This document shows positions 56,201 to 64,000 of a stretch of DNA of 64,000 nucleotides, one piece after another. A model generated the notes under the pieces. That model saw only the letters and a program-made list of their open reading frames with translations, was not told the DNA's origin and ran no database searches. The stretch covers positions 2,170,001 to 2,234,000 of the forward strand of contig OZ251225.1 of assembly GCA_965240325.2 (NCBI GenBank). Reading direction: 5' to 3'. Both the position numbers and the translations under genes were made by a program. Source of the DNA: Rebecca billardiae RCC1528. Taxonomy: Eukaryota; Protista; Haptophyta. Within the stretch, counting starts at the first letter, position 1; each line of letters begins with the position of its first letter.

Positions 56201-56957
56201 GAGCCAGCCGGCGGCCCTGCGCTCCGCGCACCGGACGCCCGCGCACACACCCATCAAGAGCAGCGCTCTCAGCGCGGCCCCGCGGCCGAGCCCGTCGCCG
56301 CGCATCGACCTGGCCTCCTCGGACCTCTCCTCGTGCACGCCCGTGCGCCGCCACGCCGAGGCGGCGGGCCGCTCCGACGCGCTGCCCCTCCCGTCGAGCG
56401 CGCGCCCGGTGCGCGCCGTCGACATCCCCGTCGTGCTGCCCGACGGCGCGAAGGTGATGATGACGATTCGGCAGGGCGACGAGATCGCGCAGCTCGTGCG
56501 AGCCTTCTGCGCCCGCCACCAGCTGGCGGAAGACTGTGAGCCTCACATTCAGAACTACCTACTGCAGCGGTACACGGCGGCGGGCGCGGCGGAGCCCGGC
56601 TCCGCGCTCAAGCGCGCGGCCTCGCCGCTCACCCCCGAGCCGTCGCTCCGCCGCCCAGCCGGTGCAGAGCCGGGCGGCACGCGCACGTTGACTGCATCCG
56701 ACCAGCTGCCCACGCCAAGCCCGCACCATCGCGCCCCGGAGAGCAGCACGCAGCTCGCCGCCGGCGCGCGCGTCACTCACTTCTCGTCGTCCCCTGCCGC
56801 TCTCGACAGCGCCGACTCGGGCGCTGATGGCGGGGCTCGACCGGCGACGGGTCAGACGCACGCGACCCGCGAGTACGCTCATCGCTCCCGCGCAGCGGCA
56901 GCGGCGAACGCTTCGAGTGCCGGGCCTGCGGTCGCCAACGGCAATGGGAATGCGTGA
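50295..56957 (+). CDS. Signal peptide + 10 Cys4 PAN/apple-like modules + degenerate ammonium-transporter (Amt) domain + cytosolic tail; exons 50295-54951, 55199-55293, 55461-56957; ~2082 aa
   Basis: Signal MRPALFVMVLAGVAAASA. Amt-like motifs in the correct order: WLAVSALLV, WLALGYSLAF, YAPIAHWAW..GAL...GVQDVGG, LFVAGVIGLQAAS, ALFATALSAVCGAVVW, GAVIGMACATPAAG. One GC-AG and one GT-AG intron give 6249 nt in frame. Confidence 0.85.
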   Translation: MRPALFVMVLAGVAAASAASSGTAPSPLYPGFGCGSIVAMQVADAQSCADAVRRVSSSRVAFSWSAATKLCMGCSPFDVRQRQQDVEYDVYSLADDGASADPATSAFAAPAAAAPRPLALSTSAPQPTLPAERSPAAVGAASDAATGTSSSGPPPSPAAPAAAPSSRSYIGAGCGHFVRAAVPSADACGDAVRERAHGADPPITHFAYNERARLCFACTDDEVWKRVDDASTSIHPVSSGGERSPAPAPAATPVLPRAPSSPTPVSPAPAAAPVVPSRAPSSPVPVSPTSTPSPSLPSRAPIVLASPSPAPRPAPSPSPSPAGSAAPAPGSEAVPWEHLEPTRSGMRCGSFVASGIDSAARCASAVSSSAGPHYPYIAWSDMSLFCYKCTEAEVESAGRALIEPAFDIYPVASLLPVVHFFSPQPPPAAPTASPPRSPLAAPPSPLPSPSPSPSPRPPPPSPAPSPTASAGSVAVAAAHAGCGDLVAQGVTSAAACSRLVADAPYFTWGAGSGFCFSCSAPQFEQRVEMGSYDVYGGAGGATAVPAPAAPPPGPRARLAPPPAPRHAAGPAVLARLVYPRQGCGTFVGAGVPSADACASAVGAAIEHVAYSVDRGLCFGCDEGELAARQPAPDASIFAVVRTGAAAAAPPSVVPAASPSPSQPAPSPPPLPASPPLPPLSLVAFATSFCGSRRWPTSTDTESAAACAEAVAAGAKPGQPAPAHFAWAESPGYCYACSAREVGARVGDAQYAIYHTRAFVGAAVAVEQPAGGSAGPHSAGGTSAAGGGGSAGGGAAAALGFHLDRRGSTCVENAAVYDDVESAAECAARTGGFARFAYSPVFHICTACTERGYALRTQLANYDIYARGAAPSAAPAPVPPSPSPAASPSPQPHRAAEPVYAAEAGCGDLRATTGGEPPTVAACRRVASAAGTRFFAAPDDPTAPGGSCYICSDAQARARLPYSGYGVYETDPSAAPHGGGGGGARPTVPAWMRPYPPPSPGPPPTPPPALPPPPSPAPPPVLVGTDDGSGMVYRRSGCGSIVMHNVYSAAKCAELVNRYRPQPYFTWGESTAFCFSCDPKQLGRRERNRVYAIYSMEAFGGVRLVPPSPLPPSPSPPSPRPPPPSPSPPPSPRPPPRAALRPGTIPTRRPSTPSGAGPQPVARGSGCGSIVRASVGSVAECTVLVAAEARTRYASFSPKSGGCFSCSEEEYGYRMPMEGYDIYFAALPPGGGRPSAGPGPGAADAHGPAPSSPAPAAVAGGGGSGGITGAAGSGGGGGSEGGSSGGGTTPRPLPRPPSAPTRPSEAPASAPAPAPSAPAAHARAPARRRVGVSWLAVSALLVPALLLGATTVSAPVLPPPAADGASQPAGGEMLSPAPARSRHRDALWILGSVAGAALAWLALGYSLAFNPRSVPGGLVGSPQLVEPTAVGASAGGLDSSWVCVSLELVRALAAALALAICAPLRLLWQHGAAATVGIGVWVLCAYAPIAHWAWSEHGALRQRGVQDVGGASVLYISAACAMLVIARARLSFLERLREEPLGTEEWEIGAQCVGKRWARLPPHAVVGPRTRARARAQSPPRARRGAGARCVPRARRERGARAAGGLGTRCPPLAPPSPPAPPTPPNCRVAPRAARSALRGRSHRPAGRVGAARGRRPDAGVVRDGAVGARARAAPRAPGFCVRTPIAHPGRAPRAAHDSPPPAAAAGPPPPPPPPAWTHPRAQAVCGAVVWMVLAELRARRRNLSKAPLRSSVSFAMLGAASVESTVRSLERVRAHELADAVVGAVIGMACATPAAGVQSVVPVGFQALAGAAVAFAVASPLDRFFVVQLDGPDYASTTLVSALDAPSHTLMLAGGFGAPTALTLAALTATPASEAAAGRGLPERLAAQLLLALVAGLWSACVTKVLLLLGRSFAREITILPMPDGGAQRQRSNSPPQPPRSEAEVAAHGSCMRSADASTQPTGPPHSASSQPAALRSAHRTPAHTPIKSSALSAAPRPSPSPRIDLASSDLSSCTPVRRHAEAAGRSDALPLPSSARPVRAVDIPVVLPDGAKVMMTIRQGDEIAQLVRAFCARHQLAEDCEPHIQNYLLQRYTAAGAAEPGSALKRAASPLTPEPSLRRPAGAEPGGTRTLTASDQLPTPSPHHRAPESSTQLAAGARVTHFSSSPAALDSADSGADGGARPATGQTHATREYAHRSRAAAAANASSAGPAVANGNGNA

Positions 56958-57084
56958 GAACGCCCAAGGTGGTGCGTGCGCATCAGTCAGCAGTCATCGT
57001 CGTGATGAATATTGACGCGATGATGACGATGCTCGTCGGGAAAGGGCTTGAGGAGCAGCCGAGCAGGGCCTCCGAGACTCAGCT

Positions 57085-58408
57085 GGGTGAAAATCCCATT
57101 TTCTGGCCTGTCCGGGCGGAAAATCCGGCTGCTCCGATCTGACCGGACCGGGACCCGGACAGCACAGTATCTAGGGACCAGACACTTTTACATCTTAGCA
57201 TGGGGCGGCGCCCCATTTGCACAGTCAAAAGACCGCGGGTGTAAAAGCAGCCGTTGTCGAGTTCGATGTAGCGGCTGGGCGAATTAGTGAATTAAAAAAA
57301 CAATTCACGAGACACTTGCGCCCACGGCCGCGATGGCGTGCGCCGTCCACCCACGACGGAGTCGTGGACGGACATCGCTACACAGCCTACGCGACAGGCG
57401 TTGTCGTGATCGAGGTGCCCGTGCCCGTTGTCGATAGCCAAACGATTGGCACGACGACCTGGCACCACATCCGCGTCAAAGCGCGGCGAGGCCGTGTTCC
57501 AGCGCGTGTGCGGCAAGCTGGCCGATGTGCGGACGGCGTCGGGTGGCGCAGGGGCTCCTGCCGATGCTACCTGGCGGCTGCTGCGGAGCCTGCTGCCGTG
57601 GTCGAGCCTGAGGCAGAGGGTGCGTCAACCGCAGAGCAGCTCAACGCTTCCGAGATCGAGCTGCGCGCGGTCGGACCAGATGACGGCCCGCGGCCGTCCA
57701 AGCGCACACGCAAGGACGCCTGAGCAGACGCGTTCAGTCCGAGCAAAGCCTGGTCGGCGTACGAGCGCGAGCCAGCTCAGACACGGCACGAGCGCACGCG
57801 TGACGGCTCGTACGATGAGCTCGTCGGCTTGGTCACCGGGCTGCCGTCGCTCGTCGCCTCGCTTGTCACGTCACACTCAGCTGAGCAGAGACATCACTCC
57901 CGCCGTTCAGCTGATCGACGAGGACGAGGCGGCCAAGACGGCGGCGGCTCAAACGCCTGGAGGAGGAGCGCAGGAGGAGGAGGAGCTCCCAGCGCTAAGC
58001 CTGTGGGGCCGCGCCGAGGCCAGGCACCGCGGCCAGCGGCTGCAGTAGCGGGTGGCGGCCGGACAGCAGCTCGGCGGCACACGCTCACTCATACGTCGAT
58101 CCTCTTGCTCGAGAGTCGAGCCTCGAGGCGGCGGGCAAGGTGCAGGCCGCACGCGAGCTTGCTGAGCGCGCGCAGGCCGAGCCGCAGCTGAGCCCCGAGG
58201 GTGCTCGGGACGCCGCGTGCGCAAGCAGGCCGCCTCGCAGCAAATGGTGCTTCGCATAATATCTACGCTGATACCGACCCGGAAAAAATTTCTTCGCACT
58301 GCGTGCGCTTTATTATTCCCTTTCTTATTGTATTCCTTATTCGCGTATTAAATGCCGCTTTTCCGCCTCCCCAGTGCACAAGTGCGCCAGAAAATGGGAA
58401 TTCCACCC
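57085..58408. mobile_element. 1324-bp non-autonomous TIR DNA transposon, copy 1 (4-bp TSD AGCT; possibly Sola2-like)
   Basis: Ends GGGTGAAAATCCCATTTTCTGGC / GCCAGAAAATGGGAATTCCACCC, with AGCT on both sides. Nearly identical to 59553-60893. Confidence 0.88.
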
Positions 58409-58697
58409 AGCTACTGCACACGTGGCGCCTGTACTACTGAGCTGTGTGAGTCTCTTATTCTTATGCTGATAGTAAACTGCTGTAACTCACTCACTGTACC
58501 AACTAAGTACTGTACTACGTAGTCTAACTTGTCCGTGCACGGTGACGGCGCGGCCAAATCTGATTTCGATTCTGGAGATCGCGGCGGCCAACAGGGCTGC
58601 CGCAAGGAGAGTGCCGCGCCGGTCGCGACCATGCGCCCGGCGTGAGGAGTGGGCGGCGTGTCGCTGGGCGGACCTTTGCGGCCGAAGGTGCCGGGCC

Positions 58698-59108
58698 ATG
58701 ACCGAGCGCGCCATCGAGGCATTCCTGACGCACAAGAACACGCCCGACAACAACGAGTACCAGCAGCTTCAGCACACCGTGTACACCAAGGAGGGAAACG
58801 GCCCCGCGCATGGCTGGGCACATGGTCTGCAGGAGGTGCAGTCGGCTGCAGCACTGCACGGGAGCATGCCGGGCACGTTGGACGTGGTCGAGCACCCGTC
58901 GTACGTCGCAGATTACCTGGGCGTCGACAAGCGCGTGCTCCCTGAATTGGTGGAGTCTGCACTCAGCTTTGTGGGCATGCTGCCCGAGCAGCCGCCGCCG
59001 ACCTACATCCCGCCCAGGCCACAGGACCGGCCGAGCCCAGAATCGCAGCCAAATCCGTACCGCCTGGAGTACACGATATTTGATCTGCGGGGGAATACCG
59101 TGACATGA
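58698..59108 (+). CDS. Short orphan ORF (~136 aa) between the two transposon copies; possibly a gene fragment
   Basis: MTERAIEAFLTHKNTPDNNEYQQLQHTVYTKEG... has non-shadow amino-acid composition and GC-ending codons. No family recognised. Confidence 0.35.
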   Translation: MTERAIEAFLTHKNTPDNNEYQQLQHTVYTKEGNGPAHGWAHGLQEVQSAAALHGSMPGTLDVVEHPSYVADYLGVDKRVLPELVESALSFVGMLPEQPPPTYIPPRPQDRPSPESQPNPYRLEYTIFDLRGNTVT

Positions 59109-59552
59109 TCTCTGCGAGCGGCATCGCATTGCAGGAAGCCGCTGTCGTTGCTTCGGCGTGCAGCAGTGTCAGAGGATTTCATCCAGGTTCCGCGGTCGGC
59201 TGCGCGGCGTCGGCGTCGGCGTCGAGCATCTTCTGGGCGGAGCGCAGTGGGCTCTATGGAATACATGAAACGGCGCCCGAGACTCCAATCACGTCGGCCA
59301 TATCGTCACCTCACTGCTTGCTCCGATACGGAGCCCAGGCTGCTGTTTACCGCCCGCGACTCCGCAGGCGCAGTGGCAGCGGGCGTGATGGCGGTGATGG
59401 GCGTGATGACGGATGGCCGCAGGCGAGCGCGGCCACATCACGCGAGCGCGGCCACACGCTCCGACGGCTTATAGATCTATACTGCTAGGCGACAGTGTAT
59501 TATTGATAGATGCGCTGATGATGATATATGACATCCGCCAAAATGACATATA

Positions 59553-60893
59553 GGGTGAAAATCCCATTTTCTGGCCTGTCCGGGCGGAAAATCCGGCTGC
59601 TCCGATCTGACCGGACCGGGACCCGGACAGCACAGTATCTAGGGACCAGACACTTTTACATCTTCGTTCTCTTCGGATTTGAGCATGGGGCGGCGCCCCA
59701 TTTGCACAGTCAAAAGACCGCGGGTGTAAAAGCAGCCGTTGTCGAGTTCGATGTAGCGGCTGGGCGAATTAGTGAATTAAAAAAACAATTCACGAGACAC
59801 TTGCGCCCACGGCCGCGATGGCGTGCGCCGTCCACCCACGACGGAGTCGTGGACGGACATCGCTACACAGCCTACGCGACAGGCGTTGTCGTGATCGAGG
59901 TGCCCGTGCCCGTTGTCGATAGCCAAACGATTGGCACGACGACCTGGCACCACATCCGCGTCAAAGCGCGGCGAGGCCGTGTTCCAGCGCGTGTGCGGCA
60001 AGCTGGCCGATGTGCGGACGGCGTCGGGTGGCGCAGGGGCTCCTGCCGATGCTACCTGGCGGCTGCTGCGGAGCCTGCTGCCGTGGTCGAGCCTGAGGCA
60101 GAGGGTGCGTCAACCGCAGAGCAGCTCAACGCTTCCGAGATCGAGCTGCGCGCGGTCGGACCAGATGACGGCCCGCGGCCGTCCAAGCGCACACGCAAGG
60201 ACGCCTGAGCAGACGCGTTCAGTCCGAGCAAAGCCTGGTCGGCGTACGAGCGCGAGCCAGCTCAGACACGGCACGAGCGCACGCGTGACGGCTCGTACGA
60301 TGAGCTCGTCGGCTTGGTCACCGGGCTGCCGTCGCTCGTCGCCTCGCTTGTCACGTCACACTCAGCTGAGCAGAGACATCACTCCCGCCGTTCAGCTGAT
60401 CGACGAGGACGAGGCGGCCAAGACGGCGGCGGCTCAAACGCCTGGAGGAGGAGCGCAGGAGGAGGAGGAGCTCCCAGCGCTAAGCCTGTGGGGCCGCGCC
60501 GAGGCCAGGCACCGCGGCCAGCGGCTGCAGTAGCGGGTGGCGGCCGGACAGCAGCTCGGCGGCACACGCTCACTCATACGTCGATCCTCTTGCTCGAGAG
60601 TCGAGCCTCGAGGCGGCGGGCAAGGTGCAGGCCGCACGCGAGCTTGCTGAGCGCGCGCAGGCCGAGCCGCAGCTGAGCCCCGAGGGTGCTCGGGACGCCG
60701 CGTGCGCAAGCAGGCCGCCTCGCAGCAAATGGTGCTTCGCATAATATCTACGCTGATACCGACCCGGAAAAAATTTCTTCGCACTGCGTGCGCTTTATTA
60801 TTCCCTTTCTTATTGTATTCCTTATTCGCGTATTAAATGCCGCTTTTCCGCCTCCCCAGTGCAGAAGTGCGCCAGAAAATGGGAATTCCACCC
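59553..60893. mobile_element. 1341-bp TIR DNA transposon, copy 2 (4-bp TSD TATA)
   Basis: Same TIRs, with TATA on both sides. Differs from copy 1 mainly by a 17-bp indel near 59665-59681. Confidence 0.88.
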
Positions 60894-61333
60894 TATATAT
60901 ATATATATGATCGCGGGTATAACGATTAACGTCGACGATGAGAGTATACGATCAATCAAATGAGTAAACCGACGTCGACGACCGATTCGTCATTCGTCAA
61001 GCGCGCGTTCCACGCTCAGAATAAATATATGGAGCATCGATCATCAGCAACGCAGCTAGCTATATATATATACTGCTAGTATTAGAGTAAATAATCGATC
61101 AGGTCATGCCGTATTTATTATTACCGTATTAGTATATCATCAGCATCGTCATCATATATATCACTATATCAGCACATTTCCGACATTTCGCCCGTTCGGT
61201 CGTCATCGCGTTGCTGTGCGTAGCTAGCAGCAGTCGTACATTTATCAGCGGTGACGACACGTTCTTGAAGCAGCCAGCGGCCAGCGGCCAGCGGGTGAAG
61301 CGGAAGCCGCGCCCTAAGAGTAATCTGACTAGC

Positions 61334-62314
61334 TTAGAATTTCATCTGCTCGGGCTTGACGCCGCGCTTCAAGTTCTGCTCTCGGCTCTCCCACGGGCGG
61401 TAGTCGACGAGCACGTCCCCAGCGGACGAGCGCATCGCGCCGTCGGCGCCCGTCGTCCACGTGACGGTGAGGTCCACCTTGGCCCCAAGCACCCCGCCTG
61501 TCCATGGGACGTGGGTCGGCACGGTGAGATTGCGTCGAGAGCCGGGCACGATGCCAAAGGGCGCCATCGCGGCCACCGAGGCGGGGTCCTCGGGGTACCG
61601 CCCGTTGAGATGCTTGTCGCGGTTGCGCCGCCTGAACTCCTCCGTGTACGCGCCGCGCTGCCCGTAGAGCGGGTGGGTCGGGTCGGTCTGGTGCTTGAGC
61701 CAGCACTCGCCGAAGAGGTGCGTGTTCCCGTTGTCCGCTGACCAGCAGTGGGGCATGTAACAGAAGACCCAGCTGTTGCACGGCCGCTGCGGGTACTTCG
61801 CGGCGTGCACCTGGCATGCGTTGCAGCATTCGCCCGCCGACTTCACGTGGTGACCGCGCCCGTCGACCACGGCGTTGCCCTGGGGGTCGCTGTGCGGCTC
61901 CTCGCCGCAGGTGGGCGGCGTCGTGACGCCTGGGCAGTCGAGGAAGCACGTGATGGCGGTCTCGGGCGCGTCGCAATTTCCATCGCCGCACGTGGGCTCC
62001 ACCTGCTGCGGCACGGGCGGTGGTGGCGACGGCGGCGAGAGCTGCAGTGGCACGCGCGCAACGTGTGAGTCCGAGCTCGGCGTATGTTGCCACGTCATGG
62101 GTGTGCCTGCCGCTCTTTGAGGCGTGCCCTGCAAGCCGAGGGACATCAGCGCAAGGAGCGGGCCGCTGCCTGCGATGAGGAGAACGAGCCCGATCGTACC
62201 GACAGCGAAGCAGAGCCACGGCCGATGCACCCTGCCCACACCCTCCTCCAGGTTGGCGGCGACAATGGCGGCGCCCTCATCAAAATTTGCCGCCACCACA
62301 GCAGTGGTCGTCAT
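61334..62314 (-). CDS. Type-II membrane protein with a CGDG Cys-rich motif and a plant/algal PAN/apple-like domain, 326 aa
   Basis: N-terminal TM (WLCFAVGTIGLVLLIAG), CGDGNCDAPETAITCFLDC, SAGECCNACQ...CNSWVFC...ECWLKH and VPWTGGV. Confidence 0.75.
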   Translation of the reverse strand: MTTTAVVAANFDEGAAIVAANLEEGVGRVHRPWLCFAVGTIGLVLLIAGSGPLLALMSLGLQGTPQRAAGTPMTWQHTPSSDSHVARVPLQLSPPSPPPPVPQQVEPTCGDGNCDAPETAITCFLDCPGVTTPPTCGEEPHSDPQGNAVVDGRGHHVKSAGECCNACQVHAAKYPQRPCNSWVFCYMPHCWSADNGNTHLFGECWLKHQTDPTHPLYGQRGAYTEEFRRRNRDKHLNGRYPEDPASVAAMAPFGIVPGSRRNLTVPTHVPWTGGVLGAKVDLTVTWTTGADGAMRSSAGDVLVDYRPWESREQNLKRGVKPEQMKF

Positions 62315-62732
62315 AGCGATGGCCGCCCCCTTCTTAAAATACGTAGCTGCAGTTTACCCGCTTACTTATTGTCTGGGCGCGCGCAGCCGACGCGCGGTTC
62401 TCGTCTGCCTGAGCTGTGTGCGTCTCTCACTCCCTGTGTGCAGCACTGCACTAGCCGCGCAGTGATCATCACTCTCCGAGTCAATCTGTCTCTGAGTGAG
62501 ACTGAGTCTCTGAAACTGAAGACCTGGTACTAGTGGTACTCTGAAACGTCGCGGGCCAGCTGACGCCCGTGAGGCGTGACGGCCCGCCAGACGCTGAGAG
62601 CCGCCCGAGACCCGGATGTAAGTAATACGTATATATACTAACTAATGTAGCAGTCAATGACCGGCACCCGACACTCCATCACAGTCCGGACATCGTTACG
62701 ATGGTGATGGTCAGTCGTCACTCGTCAGCATA

Positions 62733-64000
62733 CTACTCGTCGTTGATGTCGTCGTTTATGGCCATGCTGACAGCGGGTCCTGCGGGCACTGCCGTTTCCG
62801 TCCGGGCCTGCGCTGCCTGTGCATCATCGCCCCCTGCCACCGATCTTGCCGGGACGCTCGCAGCGCCGTCGAGCCGGGCCCCGGCGGCGGGAGCACGCAA
62901 TACCGCGCCACGCGACGCCGGCTGCCACGGCTCGAGGGCGAGCTCAGCGTCCGGCATGAGTGCGACGGTGACGGCGGCCTCGACGATATCCGAGCCCTTC
63001 AGCCTGGCCCCCGGGAGCGCTGGCAGGACCGGCATCCCGTGGTCCATGTCGTTGGCGATGATCGCCAGCGACTGCGGCAGCAGCGCGTCGGCGACGCACA
63101 CGAGCCCATCATTCTCCGCGCCGTGCATGCGCGACACATACAGGTTCGTCAGCGCGAGCGCGTGCGCGAGGGAGCGCGGCGCGCGCGAGCCGAGCGAGAC
63201 GACGCGGATGCTCGGGTGCAGCGCGCGCAGGTGGTCGTGCGCGGCGAGCACGGCTCGGCGGTGCCGGTACGTCATGTCGTGCAGCGAGCTGATCCCCAGA
63301 TCGAAGCGCTGGAGCAGCTGCTCGAGCACCTGCGACGCGGCCGGGTTGCCGTGCATGATGTCCTCGGCGATCGCCGCGCCGCCGAAGGGCGCCTGCAGGC
63401 TCACGACGGCGTGCGTCACGCGGCGCAGCTCCGGGTACAGCGCGAGCGCGAGCGAGGTGTCGATCATGCCCTTGGAGTGCGCGATGATCACGAGCTTGCG
63501 CCCGCCCGAGCCGCGGTGGATGTTGGTGAGCGCGAGCCGGAGGCGCGCGGCGTTGAGCGAGGCGGACGCGTCAGTCGAGCTGTCCAGACTGACGTACCGC
63601 GCATCCAGCCCGAGGTGGCGGAGCCGGTCGAGCGCCTGCCGGAAGTAGCCCACCACCGTGTTTGCAAAGAGGCCGGGTACGAAGATGTAGACGTAGCGCG
63701 AGTCGAGGGCGGACGAGTGGACGTTCGCCTGCACGTGCGCGAGGACGCGGTAGAAGGCGGAGGTGGCGTTCGCCCGCGGCGGCGGGAGCTCGCGGAGCGT
63801 CCAGCCCACGTCCTCCGCGGGCGAGGGGATGGGCAGGCGGCGCTGCCAGCGGCGCATCACGGAGCCGGTCCTGTCGACAAGCGTCGTCCAGAGCCCGGAT
63901 GCGGGCGGCTGCTGGTCGCCGTACACCACGTCGAGGTACGCCGCCGACGTGTCGCCCGACGCCGGCGGGCGCGAGGCCCCCGGCGCGCCGCCACGCGCTG
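62733..64000 (-). CDS. Alpha/beta-hydrolase (lipase-like), 5' end outside the window
   Basis: Oxyanion motif YIFVPGLF, nucleophile elbow IIAHSKG, LQAPFGGA.IA, NDGLV and MDHG (Ser-Asp-His triad). Confidence 0.85.
   Translation of the reverse strand, partial: ARGGAPGASRPPASGDTSAAYLDVVYGDQQPPASGLWTTLVDRTGSVMRRWQRRLPIPSPAEDVGWTLRELPPPRANATSAFYRVLAHVQANVHSSALDSRYVYIFVPGLFANTVVGYFRQALDRLRHLGLDARYVSLDSSTDASASLNAARLRLALTNIHRGSGGRKLVIIAHSKGMIDTSLALALYPELRRVTHAVVSLQAPFGGAAIAEDIMHGNPAASQVLEQLLQRFDLGISSLHDMTYRHRRAVLAAHDHLRALHPSIRVVSLGSRAPRSLAHALALTNLYVSRMHGAENDGLVCVADALLPQSLAIIANDMDHGMPVLPALPGARLKGSDIVEAAVTVALMPDAELALEPWQPASRGAVLRAPAAGARLDGAASVPARSVAGGDDAQAAQARTETAVPAGPAVSMAINDDINDE

Noticed and set aside
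57085-60893. LTR retrotransposon with two 1.3-kb LTRs
   Set aside because: Each repeat has its own TIRs and its own TSD, there are no TG...CA ends, and no gag/pol lies between them.
50295-62314. Functional cluster of PAN-like genes (Amt fusion plus 61334-62314)
   Set aside because: The Cys patterns differ, and proximity alone is not evidence in a eukaryotic genome.

Overview
GC-rich eukaryotic nuclear DNA with short spliceosomal introns. A nucleus-encoded PsaE with a signal+transit presequence and a flagellar RIB43A gene point to a flagellated alga with a complex red-type plastid, probably a haptophyte (inference only). About 17 protein genes can be reconstructed by hand: an FHA protein, mannose-6-phosphate isomerase, an AFG2B/SPATA5L1-like AAA ATPase, PsaE, a plastid FKBP, a ~1620-aa RTX-like Gly-rich surface protein, RIB43A, a DEUBAD/KOW/polyQ protein, a putative C1orf109-like protein, mitochondrial L7/L12, a CASTOR/POLLUX-like channel, PUS7/TruD, a PAN-like membrane protein, a truncated alpha/beta hydrolase and some hypotheticals. 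Intergenic islands (12.7-16.0, 22.0-26.1, 28.5-30.8, 33.5, 45.0 and 57.1-60.9 kb) hold nested non-autonomous DNA transposons and a 296-bp-arm foldback. The most striking locus is 50295-56957, a ~2080-aa protein. It has a signal peptide and ten Cys4 PAN/apple-like modules on Pro-rich stalks, fused to an ammonium-transporter (Amt) membrane domain that has lost the twin-His and Phe-gate residues, followed by a cytosolic tail. It is a candidate Amt-derived receptor or transceptor. All family assignments come from motif recognition by eye, not database searches.
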